The notes beneath the pieces are model-generated. The model was not told the origin of the DNA. It did no database searches and worked only from the letters and a program-made list of their open reading frames with translations. The position numbers were made by a program, and so were the translations under genes. Shown piece by piece: positions 1 through 30,934 of a stretch of DNA of 64,000 bases. The number at the start of each line of letters is the position of its first letter. Positions within the stretch are counted from its first letter, which is position 1. Source of the stretch: Asterias rubens (taxonomy: Eukaryota); NCBI RefSeq assembly GCF_902459465.1, contig NC_047064.1, forward strand, positions 22,134,001 through 22,198,000. Reading direction: 5' to 3'.

Positions 1-10
1 TTCGAGCGCT

Positions 11-188
11 NNNNNNNNNNNNNNNNNNNNNNNNNNNNNNNNNNNNNNNNNNNNNNNNNNNNNNNNNNNNNNNNNNNNNNNNNNNNNNNNNNNNNNNNNN
101 NNNNNNNNNNNNNNNNNNNNNNNNNNNNNNNNNNNNNNNNNNNNNNNNNNNNNNNNNNNNNNNNNNNNNNNNNNNNNNNNNNNNNNNN
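11..188. other. Assembly gap (run of N)
   Basis: 178 consecutive n characters. Confidence 0.99.
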
Positions 189-1439
189 CCATCAGTGTAA
201 AAAACACTGTTCACCCTGAGGGCTCTGTAGAAGAGCAAAACACAGAACAATATATAAACAAAACATTTGGTATTTTGAGAGTTTTTGGCCGGTGCCACGC
301 CCGTACAAAACCGCGTGTGGAGAAACCTGAAATTATTAATTCGGCTGGTTTCCTTATTAATGTAAGCCTAATTTTGCTCTGCTTAGCTACTATTTATGCT
401 TAATCGGCTCTCTAATGTAAGTGGAAAAATGTTTGATGTATACAGAATTTTATACAAATTCTCCAGCTGAGAAAACAAAGCAGCTGCTGATCAAGACCCA
501 ATTTTATGAAGCTGCTTTTTTTTTCAAGCATAAAAAGTTATGCTTTCAAGAATCAGGTTACCATCTAAAATACTATTCTACATAGAACAGAATGTAACTG
601 GTGTCCTGCTTAGTTGTGCTTAGAGCAGCAAAATGCAACTCTTTAAAATGGAGGGTCCTTTCCTACATGTAAGTTCAGCAGTAAAAAAATACAAGTCTCA
701 TGTGAATTTGTGACATCCTCTGGCGTATAATATTTATAAAGTAGTGTATTCTGTGCGAATAACTAGTGAAACAATAAGAAGAACTTGACGTTTAGGTTTG
801 CAGTGAAGATCGCAGTAATTCGATTATAATTTCTTTGTGTTTCATGTCAATGAAATTTCTATTCATACGCATCCGCTGTTTGTCAGGTTTGATGGTAGTG
901 AACATACCGCGGTGTGGAACGTAATTACCTTCAAACTTTAAAACAAACAACACCTTCAACATTTGCTGAAACATAGCTGGGTACATGTATATACGTACAG
1001 GATGGATAGGAAATTATAGATAATTGGGTCACGTCTTAAATTATTGGTTGTTTCTTCACCTTGAACTTGGACCTTGATCTTTGTACATTCTTAGGAAGGG
1101 AAACTTCCTCCTTGCCAGCGCCCACCCCCCCCCCCCATTTACGATGATTGCCCTTCCGCATTAAAGAACTATATCTTATGTCCCTTCCAACAGAATGTAC
1201 ATGTAAGCAGGTTTTGTTGTAAAAATACACAATTTGCAAGATTTGAACTAGACATGGAAGGAAAACACAGTGCCATTATTTAAAACACAGTGCGGTCCCT
1301 TAACAGCACATGACTGTGCTTAGACTGCCCTCAAACGGGGATTTGGAAAGAAAGTGACGAGTGAAACGACCACAAAGACAAAACGGGTTTAAATACGAAG
1401 ACCTGGAAAGCACTTCATAGTCTAGCCCCAGTACATAAA

Positions 1440-1660
1440 AGAGACATAATGTGTACAAACCATCTGGGATCCAATCTGAGATCATCAAACAAACTACTAT
1501 TGAACATGCAGACATGTAGATCTCATTCTTCATCAGGAGATAGAAGCTTTGTTTCATGTGCACCAAAGCTATGGAACAATCTCCCTTATCATCTCTATAA
1601 ACTTGACTCCTTCAAGATCTTCAAAAGACAGCTTTAGACTCATCTCATTGAATCTGCTTC
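1440..1660 (+). mobile_element. Degenerate LINE (L2/CR1-clade-like) ORF2 3' fragment
   Basis: Translation LRSS..GDRSFVSCAPKLWNNLP..DSFKIFKRQL resembles the C-terminal tail of L2/CR1-type reverse transcriptases. Recognised by eye, no search run. Confidence 0.6.
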
Positions 1661-2067
1661 TATTTAGTCCATTGCACTTGTCTTCTCCACATGAAATTGT
1701 GCAAACTTTTGTCTTAAATTTGTCCTTTACTTTGCTATGGCGTCTCGGAATAGGCACGTTAAATCGGTGGTTCCATTTTCAAATCTTGCTCCAGTCGGCT
1801 TGTCCTTGTTGTTTTTAACTTGTCTCATACTTGTATAAAGCATTAGGGCTATTACGACTAATTCTGCTGTTTCTGATTCATCAAAGCCACAGCCTTAAGA
1901 TTTTCTATTTCTAAAGTTTGTGGTATGAAGAGAACATGACTGGAACTTGTCTGTTGGCAAGATGCCTCAACTGTATATGGTGTGTCTTATGATGAATTAT
2001 TTTTTGTCTTCCAGACAACCAGTGTAGAAGCACACAAACAGTCAAATTCCTTGGCTCCCATGACACT

Positions 2068-22036
<19,969 letters not shown>

Positions 22037-23688
22037 GACAATAAGCATTTCAAATCCACCCCCATCCAACCCCCACCCAACAAACTCCCGAGTTTGTCTT
22101 GAAAAGAAAACTGTTTGCCAAACGGGGCCAACCTCACTATTGGCACCTGTGTTGATTAAGCAATATTTTTGCTTCGCAAAATTTGATACCGGCCAAAATC
22201 CCATGTAGTGAGTTTCATTTGTGGCTGGCTCCCTACTATGTTTTGCTTAGTGAGTTATTGTTGAGCTGTAAGTGCAAAGTTCTACATTAAGCAGTGCAAT
22301 GAAGTTGGACACAGGCTTGAAATGTGGTCCTAAACAATTGGGAAATGGCTTTGGAGAACAATCAGAACACCCTACGCCTTTTTGAAGCCATAGCTTGTGC
22401 TTGAGTTCCAGCTTGGCTGGGATCCAAACTCTGCTTACCTCGGAATTCTGTGTTACTGAGCCTCGTAAAGCACATTGTTCTACTGGCTGTAAGGCAAAAA
22501 ATTAAGTGGTTAGCGGAGCCATGAAATTGGGCCCTATCTGAAGATGAGTAATTACAGCGCACATTTTCCAAATAACTGAGGGAGCCCAAGCCCCACTCCA
22601 AGCAATAAAAATATTGCATTGAAATGATAATTTTGAAAGACGCGTTACGCATTTTTAGCAGTGGACTTGGAAGTTTCTCAATGCTTTTGTCTCAGTCTGT
22701 GAATATTTTGTAAACAAATAAAACAAAATGGTTTATTCCTTGTAAATAGATTTGAAAAACACATTGTACAGTTCATCCTTCTCTTGTTTTTTGATGTGAT
22801 TTTGATTGTTATTATTGCAAATATGATGGTATTCTATATGTAGCCATAAATGTAACCGCTTTTTTAAAGACTTGTTTTTACATCTATTGAGTAAGACACA
22901 TCAAGACTTTGAGGTCTCGGTGATTACTGGCGAACCCGTTATTTCTTGGACGAAACTCCAAAAGGAACGGTAAATACTTGATGAATTGTAAATTGATTGG
23001 TTTAAAAAAATGATGAGTTGACAGTTGGAATCTGACTTTGCAAGAGATGTTTTCTTGGCATTGGTGCCGTTGTGCGGAGTGTATTTTTGGAAACTGGTCA
23101 CTTCTGATGACATAGTGTTGTGTATTATTTTATTTTTTCTCTGTCGCTATGTTGCTGTTTCCGAATGTCTGATTTTGAAGAGTATTTGTAAAAAAATAAA
23201 AGGTTGAAAGTTTGTATCAATCCAACTTTATTTTCACAGTAGATTAATAATTGGAATAAATATAGATTAGTCACCATGGAAACATGGTATATTAGACACT
23301 TCAAAAGTTGTCTCATCGTGTTGGATTTGATTTTGCCAAATATCAGTTGAATATGTTGGACATTAGTGTGAGATAAGTCATGAATTTGGGGGCATTATTT
23401 TAAAAACATGATTGCATTTTCTTCTTTTTTGTGGTTATTAGGTTTTGCTCAAATCAAGATGGGCACTGTGGGTGGGGTGGATTTATGGAGAGAGTGGGGC
23501 GATGGGTTAGTGCAAAGAAACCTTGAGGCTTCCGGTAAATACAAGTCCAAACTTTGAGACTATCGTTTGATAATGTAGCTTTGATAAACCTTGATCATGG
23601 TTCGGCCATCTTGTTTGTATCCTACCATTCAATTAAACAAATCCAAGGAGGTGTGTACGAAAGGACGGCTTCAGCAGCCATATAGCAT

Positions 23689-24269
23689 GGGCCCTGTTTC
23701 ATTGAGTTGCTTAAGCAGTAAATATTGCTTAACAGTTGTCTGCTAAGCAGATATTATGAGCGAAGCACCAGTCACAATTTGTACATGTGACATGGTAGGT
23801 TGGCTGGTATTCTTAACCTGGAAAGCATAAATTTTGTTGTGCTAAGCTATTTTTGTGCTTAAAGGAACACGTTGCCTTGGATCGGTCAAGTTGGTATTCA
23901 AAAAGCGTTTGAAACCGTTTGTTATGAAATGCATATGATTAGAAAGAAATTTTAAAAGTAGAATACAATATCCACACACATTTGCCTCGACATTGCGTGG
24001 TTTTCCTTTTACTTTGCGAACTAACACAGTCGGCCATTTATGGGAGTCAAAAATTTGACTCCCATAAATGGCCGACCGTGCTAGTCGACGAGGTAAAAGA
24101 AAAACCACGCAATTTCGAGTGATACTTGTGTGGATCACTATATTCTACTTTTAAAATATCTTTCTAATCATATGCATTTTATAACAAACGGTTACAAACG
24201 CTTTTCAAAGACCAACTCGACCGATCCAAGGCAACGTGTTCCTTTAACCAATTCTATAAAACTGAGCCC
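23689..24269. mobile_element. Harbinger-like MITE interrupted by a nested Kolobok-like element
   Basis: Left end gggccctgtttcattgagttgcttaagcag at 23689. Sequence breaks at gtgcTTAA (23859) and a degenerate right end ctataaaactgagccc resumes after 24247. Confidence 0.6.
23859..24247. mobile_element. Foldback Kolobok/T2-like MITE (family K3), near-palindromic along its length
   Basis: TTAA-aggaacacgttgccttggatcggtc .. gaccgatccaaggcaacgtgttcct-TTAA; central perfect hairpin gtcggccatttatgggagtcaaa/tttgactcccataaatggccgac. Confidence 0.88.
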
Positions 24270-24841
24270 AGATTGCTAAAAACATTAATGGTGCAGCCTA
24301 TAGCTCGACCACAGCCAAAGTGAATCGATTCGTACATGGCCGAGAGATGAGTGCAAAATAGTCGGACTCCTTTTTGATAATATGCAAACCAGTATTTACT
24401 ACTGCCAGTGAACATTGGGAACAAGACAAAGATGGTGGCAACCATGATACAGGTTAACAGTACATGTTGTGTCATTTATTTGTTATCAGGGCCATTGTAC
24501 AAAATAAAACGCAAAATTATTTGAATGAACTTTTGTTAAATTTCAGTGGAAACTCTATTTATGTACTGTTTTAATTTAAAATTTTCTAAGTATTTGAAGA
24601 CCACACATTGAAAGAAACTGAACATGTCGGTTTCTATATTTTAATTAATTAATGAATTTAAGAATGGTTTCCATTTCGTTTCAAGGTAACATAAAGAAGA
24701 GATTATTCACAGAGCTGCCAACTCCCTGATTCTGCAGAGTTTTCCTTGAAAACCCCCCCCCCAATCCTTCCATGTTCTGTTGAACAAATTTGACAACCTT
24801 CCTGATTATGGAAACTTTCCCTATTATGTTGAATGTAATTC

Positions 24842-25229
24842 TTAAAGGCAGTGGACACTATTGGTAATTACTCAAAATAATTATTAAAAACAAAAATTTC
24901 TTGGTGACGAGTGATGGGGAGAGGTTGATGGTATAAAACATTGTGAGAAACGGCTCCTTCTGAAGTGCCAGAGTTTTCGAGAACGAAGTAATTTTCCACG
25001 AATTTGATTTTGAGACCTCAGATTTAGAACTTAAAGGTTTCGAAATCAACCATCTAAACGCACACAACTGCGTGTGACAAGGGTGTTTTCTTCTTTCATT
25101 ATTATCTCGCAACTTTGATGACCGATTGAGCTCAAATTTTCACAGGTTAGTTATTTTATGCATATGTTGAGATACACCAACTGTGAAGGCTAGTCTTTGA
25201 CAATTACCAATAGTGTCCACTGCCTTTAA
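24842..25229. mobile_element. Kolobok/T2-like MITE K1, copy c (opposite orientation to a and b)
   Basis: ttaaaggcagtggacactattggtaatt .. aattaccaatagtgtccactgcctttaa. Confidence 0.88.
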
Positions 25230-27140
25230 TATCTCCCTGCTTGTTGTACACAATCTTCCCGATTGGAAGATGCTAATGATGGCAGCTCTGTTTTGAACAA
25301 AGGATGGAGACCAGAGATTTGGAAACGTGTGCTACTTATAGCTCTATGAGTGGAACTGAGCACTGCCTAATGAGACCGCTATTTTAAACAAATGTTTGTT
25401 GGTCAATAATTTAACCTTAATATGTGTAAGCACCCATGAAAAAGTTCCAATTGTTTTGATTTGATCAGCGTCACATTATTTGTTAGAATAAAGCAGTTTT
25501 CATTCAGCCGTTCAGACATGCATCTTTATAATTTACAAAAAGGATAAATTGTCCCAGATGTTTGGCTCTCAATGATACAATTCCTTTGAAAAAAAAGGAA
25601 AGAATGTCGGCCGATGCGCTAAGAAGTTGCATGCCTGGTTGTTAAATACGACCCGAAGCCCCCTGAAAACCACAGTCTCTGAATTGTTAGAAAATTTGGT
25701 TCATACACACCCCCATCTGGTTAAAAGTACTGTGACTTGTAACATCTGGGCGGTTCTATTTCTAGATTAAGGGGGAGAGGGACCAGGCCATGTGGCCATT
25801 TTCTTGGAATGTTCACATTCGTGAATTTTTGTCCAAAGTGTCACCTTTATTCCATTGTTTCATTTTCCAGTAAACATTGTGTGGATTGACAATGAAATAT
25901 TAACAATTTATTTATTGTTTTGTGTATCAATAATAAATTAAAAACCAAACTGCCATTCCTTGGAGCATGTGAAATAAAAAGGACTCCTTAAAACTGGCAC
26001 GGAACTGTCAGACTTTTCCCATTTTATATTATTTATTATGACTTTTCGACTTATTGGATGGATCGAAACACATAGAGAATGTTTTGTGTTTGGTCAACAA
26101 AACAATGTGAATAATAATGACATTTGAAATGGTTTGCTATATTATTACTATTAAAAGTAGTTGAAGATTCTTCCAAGAGTAAACTTTAAAACAATTTTCA
26201 GAAATGGAGTAATTTTAATATTTTTTCGGATATTTGTACAAAGAGTAATAATATGTACTTCTGTGTAGGAACTTCTGGAAATTAAAAAAAAATTGTATTT
26301 GACTTGATAGGATTACTGTTGTTTTTGATTTAGTGTGATGCGTAAAGGGAAGGGTCATGGAGTGGCTTTTGTCAACGTAATGCTGATTTATGGGGAAAAT
26401 AATCATTGGGGGGGGGGGGGGGGAAGGGGAGGGAATACATTTTGGGAAATCTGTCTTAAGATAGTTTTTATATATTGTTAGCTTCAATTAGCTAGGGGAA
26501 AAAGTCAATCTTGTTTTGTTTCCAAATTGCTTTTATTATATGGAAAATCAAAATAATGCATAAAATTGACAAAATATACACCATTACTTGTCGGTTTCTT
26601 GGTCGACTGATGCTCTTTTTGAGTTCTACATGGAACACCTCGTCCTCCCAAAAAAGAAACTTGGTTTGAAAAATATGAGATGTGAAGATTAGGCTGTATA
26701 GAAAATTGCAGACTAGCGGAATTGGCAGACTGTTGCGTTTGGGTTAGTCAAGGTGGTCATTTACTTCAACGCATGATTGTGTCTTAGCAGTAGCCCCCAA
26801 TTCCGATGGCCTTAAATACAACACACACCAAAATATATATAAAAATAAGGTTAAACAAGAACAAATGGGGTGTGTTATACCATTCTCATACAAAATATAA
26901 AGTTTTTAAGGCACTTGAAATTTGAACTTTATAGCTCTTTTACATAATTCAACAAAATAATTAACCACATTTTGTTGTTTAAATCACTTCTCTGGTGATA
27001 GAAGCATAGAGAAATCTCCTTAAATGTTGATTTACATGGATTGTTCAATGACCCTGCTATGCCTGTACTGGGAATGCATAAAGTAAAAGAAATACAAAAT
27101 AATTAAATGGGTTCCATTTCACGAAGAGTGAAGAATGATC

Positions 27141-27522
27141 TTAAAGGCAGTGGACACTATTGGTAATTACTCAAAATAATTATTAGCATAAAACCTCACT
27201 TGGTGACGACTAATGGGGAGAAGTTGATGGTATAAAACATTATGAGAAACGGCTGCTTCTGAAGTGACATAGTTTTCGAGAAAGAAGTAATTTTCCACAA
27301 ATTTGATCTTGAGACCTCAGATTTAGAATTTGAGGTCTCCAAATCAAGCATCGAAACACACAACTTTGTGTGACAAGGGTGTTTTTTCTTTCATTATTAT
27401 CTCGCAACTTCGACAACCAATTGAGCTCAAATTTCCACAGGTTTGTTATCTTATGCATATGTTGAGATACACTAAGTGAGAAGACTGGTCTTTGCATTAC
27501 CAATAGTGTCCAGTGTTTTTAA
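27141..27522. mobile_element. Kolobok/T2-like MITE K1, copy d
   Basis: Same TIRs, TTAA ends and internal body as copy c. Confidence 0.88.
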
Positions 27523-27876
27523 GTGTGATACAAATCACTACTGTGACACTGACAACTCATCTTAAGATGAATCTTAGTATTTTATGAAATGAACTTTATA
27601 ATTTGAAACAAGATGAATAATATCAAGAAATAGAAACAACTTGGACAACTCAAATTTTGAAAATTGAAATACTTCACCTGGAAAATAACAATTCTAACCC
27701 TACCCCTCTCAACATCTAAAACAATGAAGGCCTGTATGAACCGAAAAAAATGCTTGGTTTTTCAACCCTTTCTGCACCTTTACAAAAAAACGTTTAAACT
27801 TAAAAAAAAGTGTGACCTTAAAATGAAATAAAGTTATCAAGCCATGTCTGAATTTGCAGCTTGATCATAGGCCCTA

Positions 27877-28072
27877 GGCCCAATTTCATAGAGCTGCTTA
27901 AGCAGAAAGTAATGCTTATAAAAAATATTGTCTGCTAAGCACAAATGAGCAGGATACCAGTCACAAATTGTACATGTGACATGGTATTTTGGCTGGTAAC
28001 CTTGTTCTGGTCAGCATAGTTCTGTTGTGCTTAGCTACTTCTTGTGCTTAAGCAGCTCTATGAAATTGGCCC
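27877..28072. mobile_element. Harbinger-like MITE (family H)
   Basis: TIR ggcccaatttcatagagctgcttaagca / tgcttaagcagctctatgaaattggccc; CTA on both flanks. Confidence 0.8.
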
Positions 28073-28208
28073 CTAGTCTGCTGGTCTTAAAAAATGATTG
28101 AATATATTCAAGACTTGAACGGTGTGTTCAACTCAATGTAAGTAAAAAAAAGTACTGATATTTTGAACCACAAACTTTGAGATGCCGATCAACAAGTCAT
28201 GGACGATT

Positions 28209-30256
28209 TTATAATTCATCTTTGTCGATTGGCACCCCCTTTCCGCCGACTTCTTTCCCAGAGCCTTTGCCATAGTAGACTTGGCTCTCGATTGATACTT
28301 CTTTGCACCTGTCCTGCTGTATGAGGAAATCTTTGATTTCCCATGCAACACTTCCGTCAGTCAGAAGAAAGATGACACGATCGCTACTCACAGGATATCT
28401 GCAAAGGAGGACAAAAAGGAACAGCAAATTAATTGTTTTGTTATAGGGCTAGATAGCTCAGTTGGTAAAGCGCAAAGGTTGTTGGTTCAAATCCTGCTCT
28501 CGTCAATTTCCAGCTGTTGGAATGGCTCTTTATTTTATATCTCAGTAAAGCAAAAGTGTATCTGTGAGAAGAAGCAGAGCCTGGTTTCATGCCCAAACAC
28601 TCTGATAGGAGGAACCATTTACAGTGAAACTTTCAAAACACACAGGGGCAAGCTACAGACCTACGGTGTGGGAAAGAGTCAGTCATTAGCAAGATCGATG
28701 GGACTGGCCAAATTACCTATTTATAACAAGAATGTTATAACAAGAATGTTATAAAAAGAGGGCAGCAAAACAAAGAAATACAGAGCAAAAATGAGATTGG
28801 GGACTTAAGAATGTAGTCTTTATATTTATAAGCAGAACCTCTTCTAAACAGAGTTATCTTTACAATGAGAGCAGACTGTAGTAAGGTTGATCCCAACCCT
28901 TTAACAAAATGTTTCTTGACTCGTCGAGACCAACCTCTGGAAGTAAGGTTGATCCCAACCCTTTAACAAAATGTTTCTTGACTCGTCGAGACCAACCTCT
29001 GGAAGTTGAAGTGAGCATTGAAAAGCTGACTCTGCCACCTGACTGTGATGTCATCAGTCTCTTCCTGGGTCGGATCACCTGACACGGAGACAAACATCAT
29101 CAACGTCTTGCCTTTCTTGGTTAGCTTCATGGCAGACTCAGGGTTACTAAGATCCATTTTAGACATGTCAATAGTCGGTGAAGGTCGCTTGTGCTCCGGG
29201 AGGTCGTCTGGATCATGTTCATCCTCAGCATCCTGTAAAAAATAGGGAAATGTAGAAGAGTTTATAAATAATACAATTTGGTTTCATCAAGAAAATCGGT
29301 TTTGAGGTCAATTTGGAACAACACAGTTGGGTTACAGTTTCCAATTATTAAATTGAATTTATGAACAAATCATTATCACTGTTGACAAAGCTTGTTGATT
29401 CCATCGATCATGCGTCATGTATGGCCATTTATTATTGTTTAACGAACCCACTTCTGTCCGACTATGATCTGACCAATCAATACGCCTCTCTTACGCCTCT
29501 AATTATGCATGACGTCATAATTCTTACCCAAATTGAGGCTATGGGCGAAGTCCCCCATCACTTGCAGTGGCTGCGCCCATCGCCTCGTTTTGGATTAGTA
29601 TTGTGATGTACCTCATGTGCATAAATTTTAAGAGAGGCGGATCATCCAGTGTGGTTTTGAATAATTCATAAACTATTCCAGCCTGCAATATGGTTACATA
29701 TAGTGAATGCATCAACACAGTGAGTAAAATCAACCCTCCAACTGCATTCATTACCATTAAAATTAAATTTCATCCACTGTTGTATTGAATTATACCAGTC
29801 TGCAAATAAATAGAACACTCATTAATTAGGGAGTTAATGAAACATCAGCAGTCAAACAGAAATTAATAAAATAAATTTTTAAGAAAACAAAACAATTTTT
29901 TCTTGGTTTTAATTATTAAAAATTATATAATAAAATTAATAGTATCAATAATTATTTTCTGACACTAAAAATAACATGACTGGCAACAAATCTCTAAGAA
30001 CCAGATACAAAGTCCAACCACAACATCCTGCTTTTTCAATTAATAAGGAATTAAACCAACTAACTTCCCACTCGTCGAAAAGTCTTTCCAAATCTGCATC
30101 ATTGTAGTCTCGAAGATCTTTCTTCTTCTTCTTCTTCTGTTTATCGTCGTCAGAATTCTTTTTCTTTTCAGCATTCACCTCCAGCAGAACTGCAAGAATC
30201 ATCATTACAAAGAAAACCGTCCATAGTTTCCTCAAACCGAAGTTCTCTTCTGCCAT
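28209..30256 (-). CDS. MESD: LRP chaperone MESD (Boca), 3 exons, 205 aa, signal peptide and C-terminal KDEL
   Basis: Exons 30065-30256, 28997-29232, 28209-28398 (618 nt, phases 0 and 2 consistent). Hydrophobic leader; KKKKDLRDYNDADLERLFDEWE; KKGKTLMMFVSVSGDPT; AWEIKDFLIQQDRCKEVSIE; ends IDKDEL-stop. Confidence 0.94.
28444..28510 (+). mobile_element. tRNA-derived SINE head in MESD intron 2
   Basis: A-box-like tagctcagttgg and B-box-like ggttcaaatcc, but no full cloverleaf; related copy at about 18790. Confidence 0.55.
28881..29004. repeat. 62-bp tandem duplication spanning the MESD exon 2 donor site
   Basis: gtaaggttgatcccaaccctttaacaaaatgtttcttgactcgtcgagaccaacctctggaa at 28881 and again at 28943. 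Confidence 0.93.
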
Positions 30257-30934
30257 TTTTCTGCTGACACACTTTCCAGCTTTCCTGCAGATGAAGTGAT
30301 ATGCAGACGATACGAGATATAATGTTTTGTTAAGGAATATAACGGGACCGTAAAAGCACCAAAATGACCAATCCGCGATAAGTCTACGTGTAACTAAACA
30401 ACTTAATTGACCCAATTTAATTGCTTAAGCAGCTATGCACACGTGTTCCACAGGAAACAGTGAATGACCAAAATGTAATTTCTATGAACTTGTCAGCTTG
30501 ATCGTTTGAAATCGGAAGGTCGTTCTTTGCAAAGTTGGAAGAGACGAAATCAAGAGATAAAAAAGATAATTTTCAGATTAATTATTTGTCTTTTTTTCTG
30601 CTCCAATTTGTAAAATAAACCCAGGCGTCTATCGTGACTAAGAATGGTAAACAATAAAAGATGATTTGGGGATCTGACTTATACTAGTCTGGTGCCAGTC
30701 CAGCTAGTGTGTGAATGGAAACGTTGAAGAAAAAGGTACCAGTCCAAAATGTTGCACGAATTTCGCTGAAATCAAAATTGCGTGATTGATGCTTTCGGCA
30801 CATTCTTGCGAAACCAGATCACATATCGACCTCCAGATCTCTCTCTGTCAATGATGCTTTTTCCTCCGTTGACAGGAATTTAATTGATTCGTCGATTCAA
30901 AAGGGTTCTCAAGTCTGTAAAGAATAGAACTGCC
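30257..30934. promoter_or_regulatory. Putative shared (bidirectional) promoter/5' UTR region between MESD and LNPK
   Basis: Divergent start codons 678 bp apart, with more CpG dinucleotides than the flanking introns. Transcription starts are not visible from sequence. Confidence 0.6.

Noticed and set aside
792-1818. Short ORFs upstream of SIN3 as independent genes
   Set aside because: No recognisable domains except a decayed LINE tail, and no splice-consistent model.
28444-28510. Functional tRNA gene
   Set aside because: A- and B-box-like motifs are present but there is no complete acceptor stem or anticodon arm, and a diverged relative at about 18790 indicates a SINE head.
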